DNA of 64,000 nucleotides from Schmidtea polychroa (Eukaryota): NCBI GenBank assembly GCA_044892525.1, contig CM097885.1, positions 176,824,001 to 176,888,000 of the forward strand, read 5' to 3'. Shown piece by piece: positions 42,998 to 55,786 of this stretch (position 1 is its first letter; each line of letters starts with the position of its first letter). The notes under the pieces were generated by a model. It saw only the letters and a program-made list of their open reading frames with translations, ran no database searches and was not told where the DNA came from. The position numbers and the translations under genes were made by a program.

Positions 42998-44620
42998 ATG
43001 GGAGCAACTCTTTACCAAGACAATGAATTTGGTATACAACCTATCAGTTTCTTCTCCAAAAAATTAAAAATCCACCAAACAAGATATTCAACATTCGATC
43101 GGGAACTACTCGCAATTCACGAAGCTGTAAAACATTTCCAACATCTACTAGAAGCAAGGAACTTCAAGATTTATACAGACCACAAACCTATTACAAACGC
43201 GATAGAAATGAAAAATCCATCACCTAGACAAATAAGAAAATTAAACTACATATCACAATTTAACTGTACAATCAATTATATCGCGGGAGCAGCAAACATT
43301 GTAGCAGACACCTTGTCAAGGACCGAAACAGACATAAACGCACTCGAATTCAGCGAAATGTTTGAAATCGAAAAGATCAAAAACAAACAAACAGAAACAC
43401 TGAAAGAGCTACCAACAAAACATAGCCTAAAACTCGAACAAATCAACGATTGCTGGCACGACGTCAGTAACGAAAATACACCATGAATACTCCTACCGAA
43501 AGAATTCAGGAATAAGTGCATCTCAAAGATACACGACATCAATCATCCAGGAAACAAGGCCACATACGAAATCATCCACAACAAATACATATGGCCAAAA
43601 ATGCGAAAAGAAATAAAAGAGTTTGTCATGTAAAAGTTGTCAGACCAACAAAACCGCTAAAACACTAACGGTTAAAAAAGTAAATTTCTCAAGCAGCCAA
43701 GCTTTCGAAACAATACATATAGACATAGTAGGACCGTTACCACCAAACAACGAATATAAATACTTACTAACGGTAATAGACAGAAAGACAAACTGGTTCG
43801 AAATAATCCCACTGAAAGAAATATCCGCACAAAATATCTGCAACAACGTCGAACTAAACTGGATAGCCCGATATGGACAACCTAAAACTTTGATAACAGA
43901 TCAAGGGAGACAGTTCGAGTCGGAATTATTTAATGTCCTATGTAAAAAATAGAAAATAAAACGCAACCGTACCACTGCTTAAAACCCACAAACAAACGGA
44001 AAAATCGAACGACTACATAGGACACTTAAACAAAGCATTCGAATCAAAGCAAACGACAGAAATTGGCTCACCGAATTACCAAAGATTCTATTGGGGCTAT
44101 AGAACACAACGAAAGCCCTTCCTTCAAAGTTTTTGGCAGATAATCAAACCTCCCATCACTCAAAAAGAAAACAGTAGATAAAACAGAAACAAATAAACGA
44201 ACAGCTAACAATAACAACGGAAATATAGGAAGAAATCCAAAATGAATCTTAAAAAGGAGACCGGACTTCGAATTGGATGGAAAAACAGTGCTAACAACAG
44301 ACCTCATTCAAATAAAAAACCATTCACAAAAGGTTTCGAATCAAAATATGAAGGTCCATTCAAACTCCTATCAATCAACAAAAACGTTGCTACAATAATC
44401 AAAAACAACAACAAAATCAAAATAAACATAAGACGAATAAAACCATATCACCAGAACGAAAACCCGCAAAACAATCCATCAGAAAACAAAACACAAACAC
44501 AAATGAAAACACAACCAATTCACAAAAACATCACATTCAACCACAAAAACTCGATCAAACTTTTTGATAAAGACACAATAATCACACCCCTATATAAAAT
44601 GATACAGCGATTGTCTTAAA
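42998..44620 (+). mobile_element. Degenerate Ty3/Gypsy pol 3' half (RNase H, HHCC, integrase)
   Basis: YSTFDRELLAI...YTDHKP, HIDIVGPLP, ITDQGRQFES and KYEGPF motifs, with stops and frameshifts. A candidate PPT aaaaagggaagt is followed by TGTGG at about 45174-45190. Confidence 0.9.
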
Positions 44621-44738
44621 TAAAACAGAAACATAAAAAAAACAAATCACACGCCCAAACAATACCAATTGTACAGTTTTATTTATTTCCTTGTAATTAT
44701 GAAACTGTTTGTAAATTTTTTGTTTTATCCAGGTTGTA

Positions 44739-45052
44739 TATATGTCGTAGGCAAATGGTAATTTTAGGAAAATAACATTTGGCTAGGCAAATGCCATTTG
44801 CCTGGTCAAATAGCTTTAGCTATTATTTCATTTCCATTATAAGTAAGTAAATACTTCATTATTTTAGTGATGTTACCATATTTTAATTATAGAATTTTAT
44901 ATTGCTCAAATATCAGATTTTAAGGTTATGTTGTTAACAGTTGTTAATTTGTAAATAATTGTAAATAATATCTAAAGCTATTTGACCAGGCAAATGGCAT
45001 TTGCCTAGCCAAATGTTATTTTCCTAAAATTACCATTTGCCTACGACATATA
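44739..45052. mobile_element. MITE with about 85-bp near-perfect TIRs, TA-flanked
   Basis: tatatgtcgtaggcaaatggtaattttaggaaaataacatttggctaggc... and its reverse complement. Confidence 0.85.
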
Positions 45053-45278
45053 CATATAAAAAACAGAAACAAAATACATATAAAAACATACAAAACATAC
45101 AAAGAAAAATAAAAAATGTTGCTGATTGTTTTTTTATGTTACCTTTTATTGATTCATGTTAACTTCCGGTTTTAAAAAGGGAAGTTGTGGTTAATTATCG
45201 GTTCTCGCGTCTGTGTGCGCTTTTTACCTTTTTGTGATTTGAGTTGTGGGCGCACACGGGCGCGGACAGTTGTCGAAT

Positions 45279-45656
45279 TACACCCGTTTCCACATGTTAA
45301 AAGTCTCTATAATACATGTTGGTGTGTTCATCAGTTGATGACTCACCATTTATGAGAATGTTTATTTCATTTTTTTCATTCTCAATTCAATTTTATTTAT
45401 GGTTTTAGGTATATTTTAAGGCTTGAATTTTGATTTCATATAATTATGAGATCATTATTCAAGCTCTTAAATATTACTTGTAATCAGCATTTATAATATA
45501 TTTATAATATATTGATAATTAAATTTCAGGTGCTTTTTTAGGTATTTTATGATATGTTATGAATTTGGAATTATTTCAATAAAATGTAAGTTATATATAT
45601 TTTTAACTAAAAAGAAATAAAATAATCACCAAACACATTTATTTTTTTAAGACATT
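45279..45656 (-). repeat. Right arm of the inverted repeat (partner about 40998-41360); may be part of the Gypsy 3' LTR
   Basis: Manual reverse-complement alignment to the left arm. Confidence 0.7.
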
Positions 45657-46373
45657 TAGGCGTATATGGATAAAATTGTTTTTTAAGTTTTTGTTATCTT
45701 CTTTCTCCAGCTCATTTTTAATAGCCTCTTTGACGATGTAGACGGATTTTGTCATTTTCTGAAATTCTTTGAAAATATTATTTTTTTAAAATAAGTTATT
45801 AAAATTTACGATTTTCGAATGTTTGGTCGTCCATTTCTCGAAAACTCAAAGTTGAGTTGTCAGATTCAAAATCCAAATTTTTTTCAGCCATGAATTTTAA
45901 TAATTTTAAATTAATGATATGTTAACAGTATGTTAATGACTCTACTTTCGGAATAAAAAAAGCTATATTAAATTTGCGTGTATTTTATATTATGTGTGCT
46001 GTGTTTTTATGTAAAATTATTTTTCTGTCACTTTCTCAATTCCTATAATAAAACTTTTAACATTCGGAACATTAAATTTTTGCACACAGGTAAGTTTGTG
46101 TGTTGCTATAATATAATTTTATCGATTTTTTTTAGATTATAGAAACTTTTATATTGTGGATTTAGGTGTATTAGTTTATCTCGCGTCTGTGTGCGCTGTT
46201 TACTTTGTTGGATGGTTTTTGGATTTACGCGGACAACTGTGGATTTTTGTTTTGGATTATGAATATCGATTTAGTTGTTCGAATTCTGGAAGTTTGGGAG
46301 AATTTTGTTTTAAATTTTAAAAGGGTTTTTTGGTGAATTTGAATAAAATTGATGTTCGGATTTTGGCTCTTTA

Positions 46374-46841
46374 ATGACTTCAATTAATAAAGAAAATTAC
46401 TATGATATTCAATGCAACAGGGACGTTCACATATCTCAGGATGGTAAATGTGTGACGTGCAATGATGGATTTATTGAAAGAATTATTCGTGATAACTCAA
46501 TGGAAAATGATGATGATGCCTTGAATGCTTTTCATATTAGTCGTGATAACTCAATGGAAAATGGAAGTACTACAAACGAAACTGATGGTTCCTTTTTTAT
46601 GACTCCAATAGATCCTGATAACAGAAATAGTGTTTTTGGCCAACTAATATCAAATTTATTTGGTGGATTGCTGCCGCTGGATTTTAGATCCGATTCGTCA
46701 GATTACATATTTTCAGATCAAAGTTTCGACAATTTTGTAACGAGTATTATGAATCAATTTGAACAGAGTGGTCCTCCACCAGCAAATGAGGCAGATATTG
46801 AGAAATTTCAAGTCAAGAAAATCACCGCAGCTAATGAATGA
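46374..46841 (+). pseudogene. RNF115/RNF126-like ORF truncated just before the RING domain
   Basis: N-terminal zinc-ribbon-like ...CVTCNDGFIERI and GPPPANEADIEKF, then a stop where the RING-H2 would begin. No RING exon was seen downstream. Confidence 0.6.
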
Positions 46842-46859
46842 TACAGGTTCCATCTTCTA

Positions 46860-47041
46860 CCAATTATTATTATTATTATTACGCTCGCAGGGAATATTAT
46901 TATTATTATCATATATAGTCAGAGTTTATCCGACAAGATATTCTGCCCCTTTAAAGGTACTGCTCACATGGGTAATGGTCACAAAGGTAATACTCACACT
47001 CAATATGTCGTAAATTATTATTATTTTCAAATACAAGTTCA

Positions 47042-47114
<73 letters not shown>

Positions 47115-47180
47115 TATTATTATTATTACGCGCGCGGGGAATATTATCATATATAGCCTGAGTTTATCCGACTGAATCAA
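46860..47180. repeat. (ATT)n-linked non-coding module, two copies, homologous to 59920-60060
   Basis: catatatag/a....agtttatccgac at about 46910, 47140 and 59930. The first and third copies continue aa.atattctg.ccc.t..gggtactgc.cac. Confidence 0.75.
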
Positions 47181-47595
47181 TTGTTCAGTGTTTCTAATAA
47201 GTTTGAATAAACGGAAGATTTGTATCTCCTCTGCGATGCCGGTGTCTCTCGTGCAGGGATGGTTGCCACTCTGTAGGCTTGTGGGTCTTTGTGAGGAATC
47301 TAGAGCATAAATTATAAAAATAACTATTTCATAAAACAGTGATTAATCTTTATGGTTCCCATACAGTTGTGGGTGATGTTTCCGAATTTTGGGAACCCAA
47401 AAGCGAGCCACACATCGTGCCGGCTGCTGGTGATGTTTCGTTCCGCGTTCGTCTGGATTTCTAGATCTATAGTCATAGGCATTAAAATTCCCCCTTTAAA
47501 TATTTTACTGGAAAGTATACTAACATGAAAAGATATTATTATGATAAGAAAATTTAACATCGAAAATAGCTATAATTAAAAAACTTTCATTTATC

Positions 47596-47842
47596 TTACT
47601 GAAAAGTATGCAAAGACATACAATTAATTTTAACAAAGAATTTATTGTAATTAACATTGTTGAAGATCTTGATCATCATCAGAGATATCATTGTAAATAA
47701 GGCGAAGGTTTCTGTTTCCTGTATTTCTGACATATTTGATCCATTGATTTTGACTCGATTTGATGATTCCTCAACTTCTTCAACTTGTTCGACTTCAGCG
47801 ACAACTTCAGTGACAACTTCAGTGACTTCGTTAGACATGTTT
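47596..47842 (-). CDS. Small acidic, low-complexity hypothetical ORF (MSNEVTEVVTEVVAEVEQVEEVEE...)
   Basis: ORF track (an in-frame ATG lies within the 47596-47895 ORF); no family recognised. Confidence 0.3.
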
Positions 47843-48229
47843 GAATTTGATGATTTTTTAAATTGAATTTGATGATGATTTTCGAAAAAAGTCAAAAGTA
47901 AAGGATTATTTAAACAATCGTTTTAAATTTTTTATTTTAATTTGATTAATTTAATAATATATTTTTAGTTCAATTATTAAATTGATAAAAGTGTTAGTCA
48001 GAAGCACTACAATAGCCCTCGCCGAAGTACGCGGAGCGTATCAAAAGATAAAGACTGCGATAATGGTGGAAGCAGTCACTGAAGATCATAATCTGAGAGG
48101 TATTGAGCGAATTTATGTGTTCACCTGGAGGGGAATGGCAGATTATTTTGAAGAATTTGAACATTTGGTGTGTCTGGTGGTGTCGGTTGTTCCATGTCAT
48201 CTAATATGTTTTCGTTTATGTTAAACTTT

Positions 48230-50180
48230 TTTGTGATATGGTTGTTTGGGATTTCGTCGTATTCAAGGGTGCAAAGGCTGGTTTTAATCTGGAAAGGTTG
48301 ATCATGGCGTGGTTGTACGATGGTTTGTACGACGTGGAATATGTGAACGACGGATTAGTATCTAAGGTCAAAAATGCTTTCATGTTAGATTGATCTCGTC
48401 TAATGGTGAGTCATTGTAATGATCGATAAGTTCATTGGACATGAAAGTGTTGGATCCAAACAAAGGTTGAACGATAGGGTGTGTTGTGACATCTTAGTAA
48501 AACAAATGGTAACGCTTTGACCCATGAGGTTGAAGTTGAGAGTATTCTGAGAGATGCTGTCAAAGTCCGATGAGCGCGTTCAACGAGACCGTTTGTTTGT
48601 GGATAGTAAGAGCTGGTTCTTAAGTGTTTTATGCCGAGGCTGGATGTAAGATGTTCAAAAAATCCGATTCGAATTGTGCCCCTTGGTCAGTGATGATAGA
48701 GGTTGGAATTCCATAACGTGAAAACCACACTCAGACACCCACATATTTACATCTTTGAATAATGAGAACCGTGTGACATTTTGGCATAGGAGATGGTATG
48801 TGGACTTAGGTGCAAGTTGTGAATGGCGAGAAATACTTCTTTCCGAAGCGAAGAGTGTAGGATTGGTCTGAGAGTGTTTTTATACATTGTATCATAATGT
48901 ATACCGTCTATTGTCTGTAGCGAGTCTTTAAAATAGACGAGATCTTCTGATGTCGGTGGGGTTGAACGGAGAACATCTTGAGTAATTACTGGGGTTAATG
49001 AGATAGATGCTGAAATGTTTCTGGAAAGATAGTCAGCGATTACATTATCTTTACCGGAGACATGGGCGAACTTAATGTCGAAAGATGATAGGTATGTTGT
49101 CTGACAATGTACCCTGTTTAATGGGTCTTTCATGATGAGACAGTGGATAAGAGGTTTGTGATCAGTGAAGACTGTGAATTGTCTACCTTCTAAAATGTGA
49201 CCAAAATACTTTACAGCTAGAAAAATAGCAATAATTCTCTGTCGAATACACTGTACTTGGACTCTGCCAATGAAAATTTTCTAGAGAAAAAATTCTATTT
49301 GGGGTGAAACATTGTCTTTAATTTGATGAAGGACTGCGCCGGCGACGATATTTGATGCATCTGTTGTGAGGGTGAATGGGAGGTCAGGACTCGGGTAGTA
49401 AAGAGTTGTAATATTGGATAGAGCGTCTTTGACTGTGTTGAATGCGTCACGTGTTGTGTCGGACCAGTTAATAATAGAGTTTTCTTTCCTTTGTTCAGTG
49501 CTGAAAGAGGTGCCGTTATGTGTGATGCGTTTTTTATGAATCTGTGACAGAAATTGACGATGCCCAAAAAGCTACGTAGTTGTGTTACGGTGGTGGGTAA
49601 TGGAGAGCTGCGGATTACGTCAACTCGTTCAGGAAAAGGTTCGCAACCCGTAGATGAGAGTATGTGACCAAGGAATCTGACGCGTTTTTGAAAGAAATTG
49701 CATTTATTTACATTGATCTGTAAGTTATAACGGTTCAACATGTCAAGAACCGTGTGTAGATCTTTGTTGTGGGTGTCGCGGTCTGGTGATGCTACGATTA
49801 TATCGTCGAGGTATGCATTGTGGACGTCTGTGGACGTCCCAGAAAATTGTGTCCATGAAGCGTTGTAAAGACTGAGCTGCATTCCTGAGGCCGAAAGGCA
49901 TGAACATGTATTCGAAATTTCCAAATGTAGTGGTACAGCGGTTTTGGGAACGTCATCGATATGTACAGGAAACTGATGGTAGGCTTTCGAGAGGTCAATA
50001 GTTGAAAATATGGTGGATTGTGAAAAGCGGGTTATTAAGTCTTTGATAAGTGGCATTGGGTATGCATCGTGAACGGTTACTTGATTGAGTTGACGGTAGT
50101 CGCCACACGGCCTGAGTGAACCGTCTTTTTTGGTGACTACGTGTATGGAGATGAAGAACGGCGTATAATGCCTGCATTCT
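48230..50180 (-). mobile_element. Degenerate, internally deleted Ty3/Gypsy pol (RT, RNase H, integrase)
   Basis: LRPCGDYRQLN, FSTIDLSKAYHQ, AYLDDIIV, LRSFLGIVNF, FTDHKPL and ITDQGAQFES..SSYHPQTNGLVER, split across frames. Confidence 0.9.
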
Positions 50181-51153
50181 CCAGACTAAATAAAAATAAT
50201 AATTAATAAAAAAATANNNNNNNNNNNNNNNNNNNNNNNNNNNNNNNNNNNNNNNNNNNNNNNNNNNNNNNNNNNNNNNNNNNNNNNNNNNNNNNNNNNN
50301 NNNNNNNNNNNNNNNNNNNNNNNNNNNNNNNNNNNNNNNNNNNNNNNNNNNNNNNNNNNNNNAAACTTATTGTGGTCCTTTCCGTCCATGAGACATTTTA
50401 GTTCATTGAGTTTCGATGGAGAGATCTTGAATATTTTCAAAAAATCATTAAATGTCTAATATTTATAGTACCTTCAGCATAAGGATGTTTATTTATCACC
50501 ACACTTTCGTTTCTAGTCGTTTGTCGGCTTCAGCTGTTCCAACGTTAATTTTCTACCACAATCCCGTCACGCTTGTCCGTAAAGAGAGTCTCTCTTTCCA
50601 AAAATGATGATTAACTGCATATATTTAAAATTAATTTTTCAAAATGGCCACAAAAGTTAACGGAATATATTTCAGTTTTGTATTTGAATTAGATTTAAAT
50701 TTAGCAATATTTACATATATAATAAAATATAACTTCCACTGGTTATAACAAATGTTTTTTAATTAAAAATTTAATTGCTGTTCTAATACAACCGTTTCAA
50801 AATGCTACTAATTAATAAATAATGTTTGCATAACAAGAGGCGAACCATCAAGCAAAGTGGTTAGAGGGATAGGGACCAGTCGAAAGTTGGACAAAGGCCT
50901 CCCATAGCTAGTCCGTGAACCCAAGGAGTGTCCGACAATTATAGTACAAATAGTGCGCTCACTTTTTCCGAGCACTCACCCTCTTGATACAGTACCAACG
51001 ATGATCACTCATCGAGTATCAAGCGGAGAAAATGTTATTTGTATTCTGGGTTTCGCTGGTAATAGCACGAATAGGTAAAATGTATGCTTACCTGTAACCC
51101 ACCACAAGGAAGGATGAGAAAGTTAGATACCAGACAATGTATAAGGATAATAG

Positions 51154-51513
51154 AAGAAAAGGATAATAGAAAAGACCGGAATCGAAGAAACCAAAGATGG
51201 TCAACAGGAAAAGAAGGATGAACCACCATCGTATAGAGAGGAAGAAGCGGAACAGGAATTCGAAGATGAAGAGGGAAAAGAAGATACATCAGAAGACGAA
51301 GTGGAACTTAGACACATACATGTTATGAGGAAACACGAATGGGAATGTGCCGATATGGATAGTGAAGAAGCGATTAAATTACGAAATAAAGCGGTAAAGG
51401 AGAAATGTAAACAACTTAGTGATATCTTAGCATCCGGAGCAAAACACCAGCGTAGCCAAGTGTTAGCCTTAGCAAATTTCATAATATTATGTGCGGAAAA
51501 CATACGAGTTTAA
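51154..51513 (+). pseudogene. Acidic open frame with PPSY motif, possibly a Gag/ORF1 relic
   Basis: Stop-to-stop frame ...KKDEPPSYREEEAEQEFEDEE...; no upstream ATG in frame. Confidence 0.25.
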
Positions 51514-52371
51514 CTGCTTGCGTTTCATCAGTTTGTTATTTTTGTTTATTTGGTGTTTTTCGAATTAGTTGGAGTATTCTAGGTGCTTTATGATTGCTAT
51601 GTGAGTCATCTCAGTCATCCCATTATCGGCCAGATTAAAACAAAAAATGATTAAAGAGAAGGCGAGCCAAGATTTAATTTCTAGTCCAATGTTGCTAAAG
51701 ATTTGGAAATTTCTCTGACATAGATTATTGTTATAAAATTAAAAGTAATTATCTTTGTGTTGTGCTAAAATTTTAAAGAATTGTTAATTTTTCTTTATGA
51801 AATTTTAAACAATTATTTTCGTTGTATTATATCTCAAATATACGCACACACACAATTTAAACAACCAACATAAACGCAACTCTGCTGCCCCGAAATATCA
51901 TTTACAGAAGATGTGGATGAGCTCCACATATTTCTCCTTCACTCAAATAGCACAGACTTCTTTCATATTCAACATAAAACCTTCAACAGCAATTATAAAA
52001 TTCATTTCTCATGAAGATTAACCCTTGATAAAGCATATTTTAGTGGGAAACTTTATTAGAAATTTGAATAATTTTTAAGAATTCTTTTATTTTACTTTAA
52101 TATTATTCGATTCAATTTTCTCGCAAAAATCCATTTCAATGCAAATATGTGAACTGACGGTGTATAAATTATGACGCTCTTGCTAGGGGGACAAGCATTC
52201 GGCTGGTTGAGATTAATTCTGATATTGTATGAAATGCGTTTGGTAAGTAGAGTAAAGCGAAATCAAAAGAGAAAATCTAGGATAAGATCAAAACCTTTTC
52301 GTTATTAATCCGAATTGAATCGCGTGTAAATGCAATATATAAAAATAATTGGAAAAACATTTCATTCAATC

Positions 52372-52855
52372 ATGTTGATAGTGAGTTTCTTTTGGCATTT
52401 ATTTATTTATTTGCAATATTAAATGTAATTTCTAGTTTATTTTTCTGATCCTCTTTTTGGGCTGCTTCACGATAACGGATTGCGCTGAGAGATGCGTAAA
52501 AATGTGCAATGCTGATTGTGCGTGTACTGAAAGTCATAGTCTACCTGGATGCCAAAATAAATGCCAGGAACGTTATACGAATTGCTATAAACAGTATTGT
52601 AAACCGGATGGTCAAATATGCAAAATGTTTTGCATGAGAATTGAATATGTGTGTCGCTCTTTTTACTGCAAAAAAATATGCCAGGCTAATTGTTATTGTA
52701 GCCAAATAGGTTCTAGGTTTATGTGCTGGTTTGCATGCTTTTGGCACTATCTGCATCACAGATTTATAACATGTCATTTCGCCATTGCTGCCCAATATTG
52801 CTATATACAAAGCAATATAATATGGTATTATTGCTATGGGCAACTTTCTTTCTGA
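52372..52855 (+). CDS. Secreted cysteine-rich protein (exons 52372-52380 and 52436-52855, about 142 aa)
   Basis: Splicing the 55-nt gtgagt...ttctag intron gives the signal-peptide-like MLIFIFLILFLGCFTITD, followed by repeated CxxxC units. Confidence 0.65.
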
Positions 52856-53033
52856 TAAAAACTAATTTTTTCTTGCAAATTAAATTTAAATTTTATTTCT
52901 TTTCTTTGATTAATAAAGAAATTTTGTTTATTTGTTAATTCCGATAAATTCAAATGAAATCAATTAAAAATATTAAATGAAATTTGACATAGAATTTATA
53001 TCTATCACTGAAGAGAACTGAGGCCATTTAGTC

Positions 53034-53256
53034 TAAGGTGACCAGATTTTAGATGGGCAAAGTGGGACAACTTTGAAAGAGGGAGGTATCAACAAAAATT
53101 TTCATATAGAATAAAAATAATGGTAATATTTTTTGATTTTTAATATGAGTACATTTTATAAATATAAAAAATTGTATAATATTTTATTCCTTGACCATAT
53201 TATTAGTTTTATTAACTTAAAATATTTGCAAAAAAGCGGGACGTCTGGTCATCTTA
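53034..53256. mobile_element. hAT MITE
   Basis: TIRs taaggtgaccaga / tctggtcatctta. TSD atttagtc / atttaatc (7 of 8 match). Confidence 0.8.
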
Positions 53257-53433
53257 ATTTAATCGTATTTCACTAGAAGGACTTCAAAAATCAGTGAAAT
53301 ATATTTACCAACTGCAATTTCTAAACTTTTTTTTTAAAACTGACATCTTTGGACCTACAAGATTAAATTACATAATTTGTGCATAAAAAAAATAATTGTC
53401 AATTCTTCTAGAGTATAAAGGACGTTGAAGGTC

Positions 53434-54260
53434 TTAATTAGAAGTGTCAAGAAGATAATCTCTAATTATGACCATTAAAAGAATGTTAATGTTATAGTTC
53501 TTAATTTCTAAAAAGCAAATGTCGGTTTCTCCCGCAAAGATATTAATTTTACAATTAAATTCTCGCCAATACTTCTCCAATTCAATGTATTGAATTTCAT
53601 CAAATTCATCAAAAAAGCAGTGCCGAAAATTCGTGAATATCAAAAACATCGATATATTTACTGATTAATAGTCAAGCTTATTAAATAAATACAATGGAAA
53701 AGAAAGTGGTGAAATTTGAAAAAAAAGAGTTCTTTTAATATTGCTATAAAGCTTTAATAAATTTTGTGCTTGTTTAAATTAAATGACATTATGCACATTT
53801 ACAACAACCTCACCCAATCCAATATAAAACTTGAGAAGTCTCCAATAAAGAAAATGGTTCTTTTAGGCCAATACATGATCATCATCTTTTCAACTTTCAA
53901 ACCGGATTGACAGATCTTTTCTGGAGCAATAAGGAAATAATTCAAATAATCTTGCAAATGATCAGGGATATCGATATCAACTTCCACAGTGTAACCATAT
54001 GGAAGTTTTTCAATATCAGAATTTATACATTCATGTAATGCATCATCCAAATTATCATACACCCAAGTAAAATCAGCATTCAGAAGTTTTTGGCTAAGAG
54101 CCCAACCATACAGTTTATTAGTATCTAAATACAATAACTCAGTATAATCTGAAGGAGATACGTAATGTTTGTTAACAACTGTTAACCCACCTCGTATTCC
54201 TCACTCATAGAAATTGAACATTTCCATGTCGTGCTAAAGTTCTGTAGGCTCCTGTAATGT
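53434..54260 (-). pseudogene. Decayed protein-primed DNA polymerase B of a Polinton/Maverick
   Basis: DMEMFNFYE*GIRGG, YLDTNKLYGWALSQ (motif A), GYTVEVDIDIP..LIAPEK, a degenerate DTD region (AGETDICF) and LDTSN; frameshifted. Confidence 0.8.
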
Positions 54261-55725
54261 TATGGTGAGTAAAAGGTATGCTGAGATTGGAATATGTATT
54301 TGATGATACATTATATCTTTAGGTAAAACCAATTCGAAATTGGCATAATTTTCGAATTTCAAGTTTGTATTTTTAAGTAGAATGTAAATTTGTTTGGTAT
54401 TTTTAGCAAGTCGGTACTACTATCTGACTCCTTTGTGTTCTTTTCAAAATAAATAAACGACCCAACACAAAGTCTTTATTTAACACTGATGCAGTTACAC
54501 TTTTTACACTTTTTATTAGTTCACTCACACTTGATACAACCCTTTTGTTCTGCACTTTTCAATAGACTATCAATCTCACACAGGGATAAATCTTCCAACG
54601 GGAGATGTCCCTTTCTGGTACGTTCAATTTAAATTATTTATTTGTTACTAACTTCAACGTTTTCTGATCGCTCTCGCTAAACTTCCTTTTTCCTTTTCTT
54701 CGACCAACTGGCAATTTTGTTTTCTTGCCAGTTGCTTTTATACCCATTTGGTAATTGATTTTATTTTGACAAATTAGTCTTGATCTAACTTTCCCCCGGG
54801 CTTCCTCTTGTAGCTCTAATTCGCTTTAAGGAAATTGCCCTTTCCCTTTGACGGCTCGCTCCAATTTATTTTTCATTTTTAATTAATATTTTGTACTTTA
54901 AATTTTTATTGTGAATTTGGTGTTCTTATTGGTTTTTCACCTCATTTTTGTGCCTTTCCTGTTTAACCCCAACATATCTCCCCTCTTTAATTTAGATTCG
55001 ACCTCGAATCTGCATGTATATAATANNNNNNNNNNNNNNNNNNNNNNNNNNNNNNNNNNNNNNNNNNNNNNNNNNNNNNNNNNNNNNNNNNNNNNNNNNN
55101 NNNNNNNNNNNNNNNNNNNNNNNNNNNNNNNNNNNNNNNNNNNNNNNNNNNNNNNNNNNNNNNNNNNNNNNNNNNNNNNNNNTTTCTTTTCTCATTTCTA
55201 TAATAATAATTGAATGATGGCTGTGGATATTGACGATGTCTCTGAGAGACTCGAACTTAAATTCACTTTATTTTCTTTATAACCAATTTGACGAAGATAG
55301 TTTTCAATCAAATGATATATATTAATTTCATTTACTAATGAAATATATATTTGTACGAAGTTTTTGAAGTAATTGACTTCGACATTCGCCGAAGTAATTC
55401 AATTTATTAATTATAATTTAATTTACTTTCAATTTTCAGATTCCCAATCCTGAACAGCTTCAATTTTCAGAGAATGTCTAATTTGTTTATTTTGTTGTGT
55501 GTGGACCAGCAAGACGAAGGATAGGGATGAAAATATGAGTCCACAGAGATTGGCCAGTTTTCACCCATTCAAGTACAATCAAAAATCATTACACCCATTT
55601 TTTAAAAAGAAAATTGGGAAAACAACCTAAGGTAATTTATTATTTATTTCATTCTATTTCTTTTGTCATTTAAATTATTCGCGTCACTTTCAGCTTAGTC
55701 AGCAACGACGAAAGCAGCCCAAGGG

Positions 55726-55786
55726 CCACTTACTCAGACACGGACCGTGTATGAGTAAGTGGTGGCCACCGTGCACACGGTGGCCA
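55726..55786. other. Two adjacent GC-rich hairpins
   Basis: ccacttactca..acacgg-a-ccgtgt..tgagtaagtgg, followed by tggccaccgtg-ca-cacggtggcca. Confidence 0.6.

Noticed and set aside
46926-47180. ORFs with poly-Ile or poly-Asn runs (46926-47180, 46968-47156; also 59838-60077)
   Set aside because: Translations of (ATT)n microsatellites.
48403-48415. atggtgagtca matching the inverted-repeat core at 41294 and 45340
   Set aside because: It falls inside Gypsy integrase-region coding sequence and homology does not extend, so it is probably chance.
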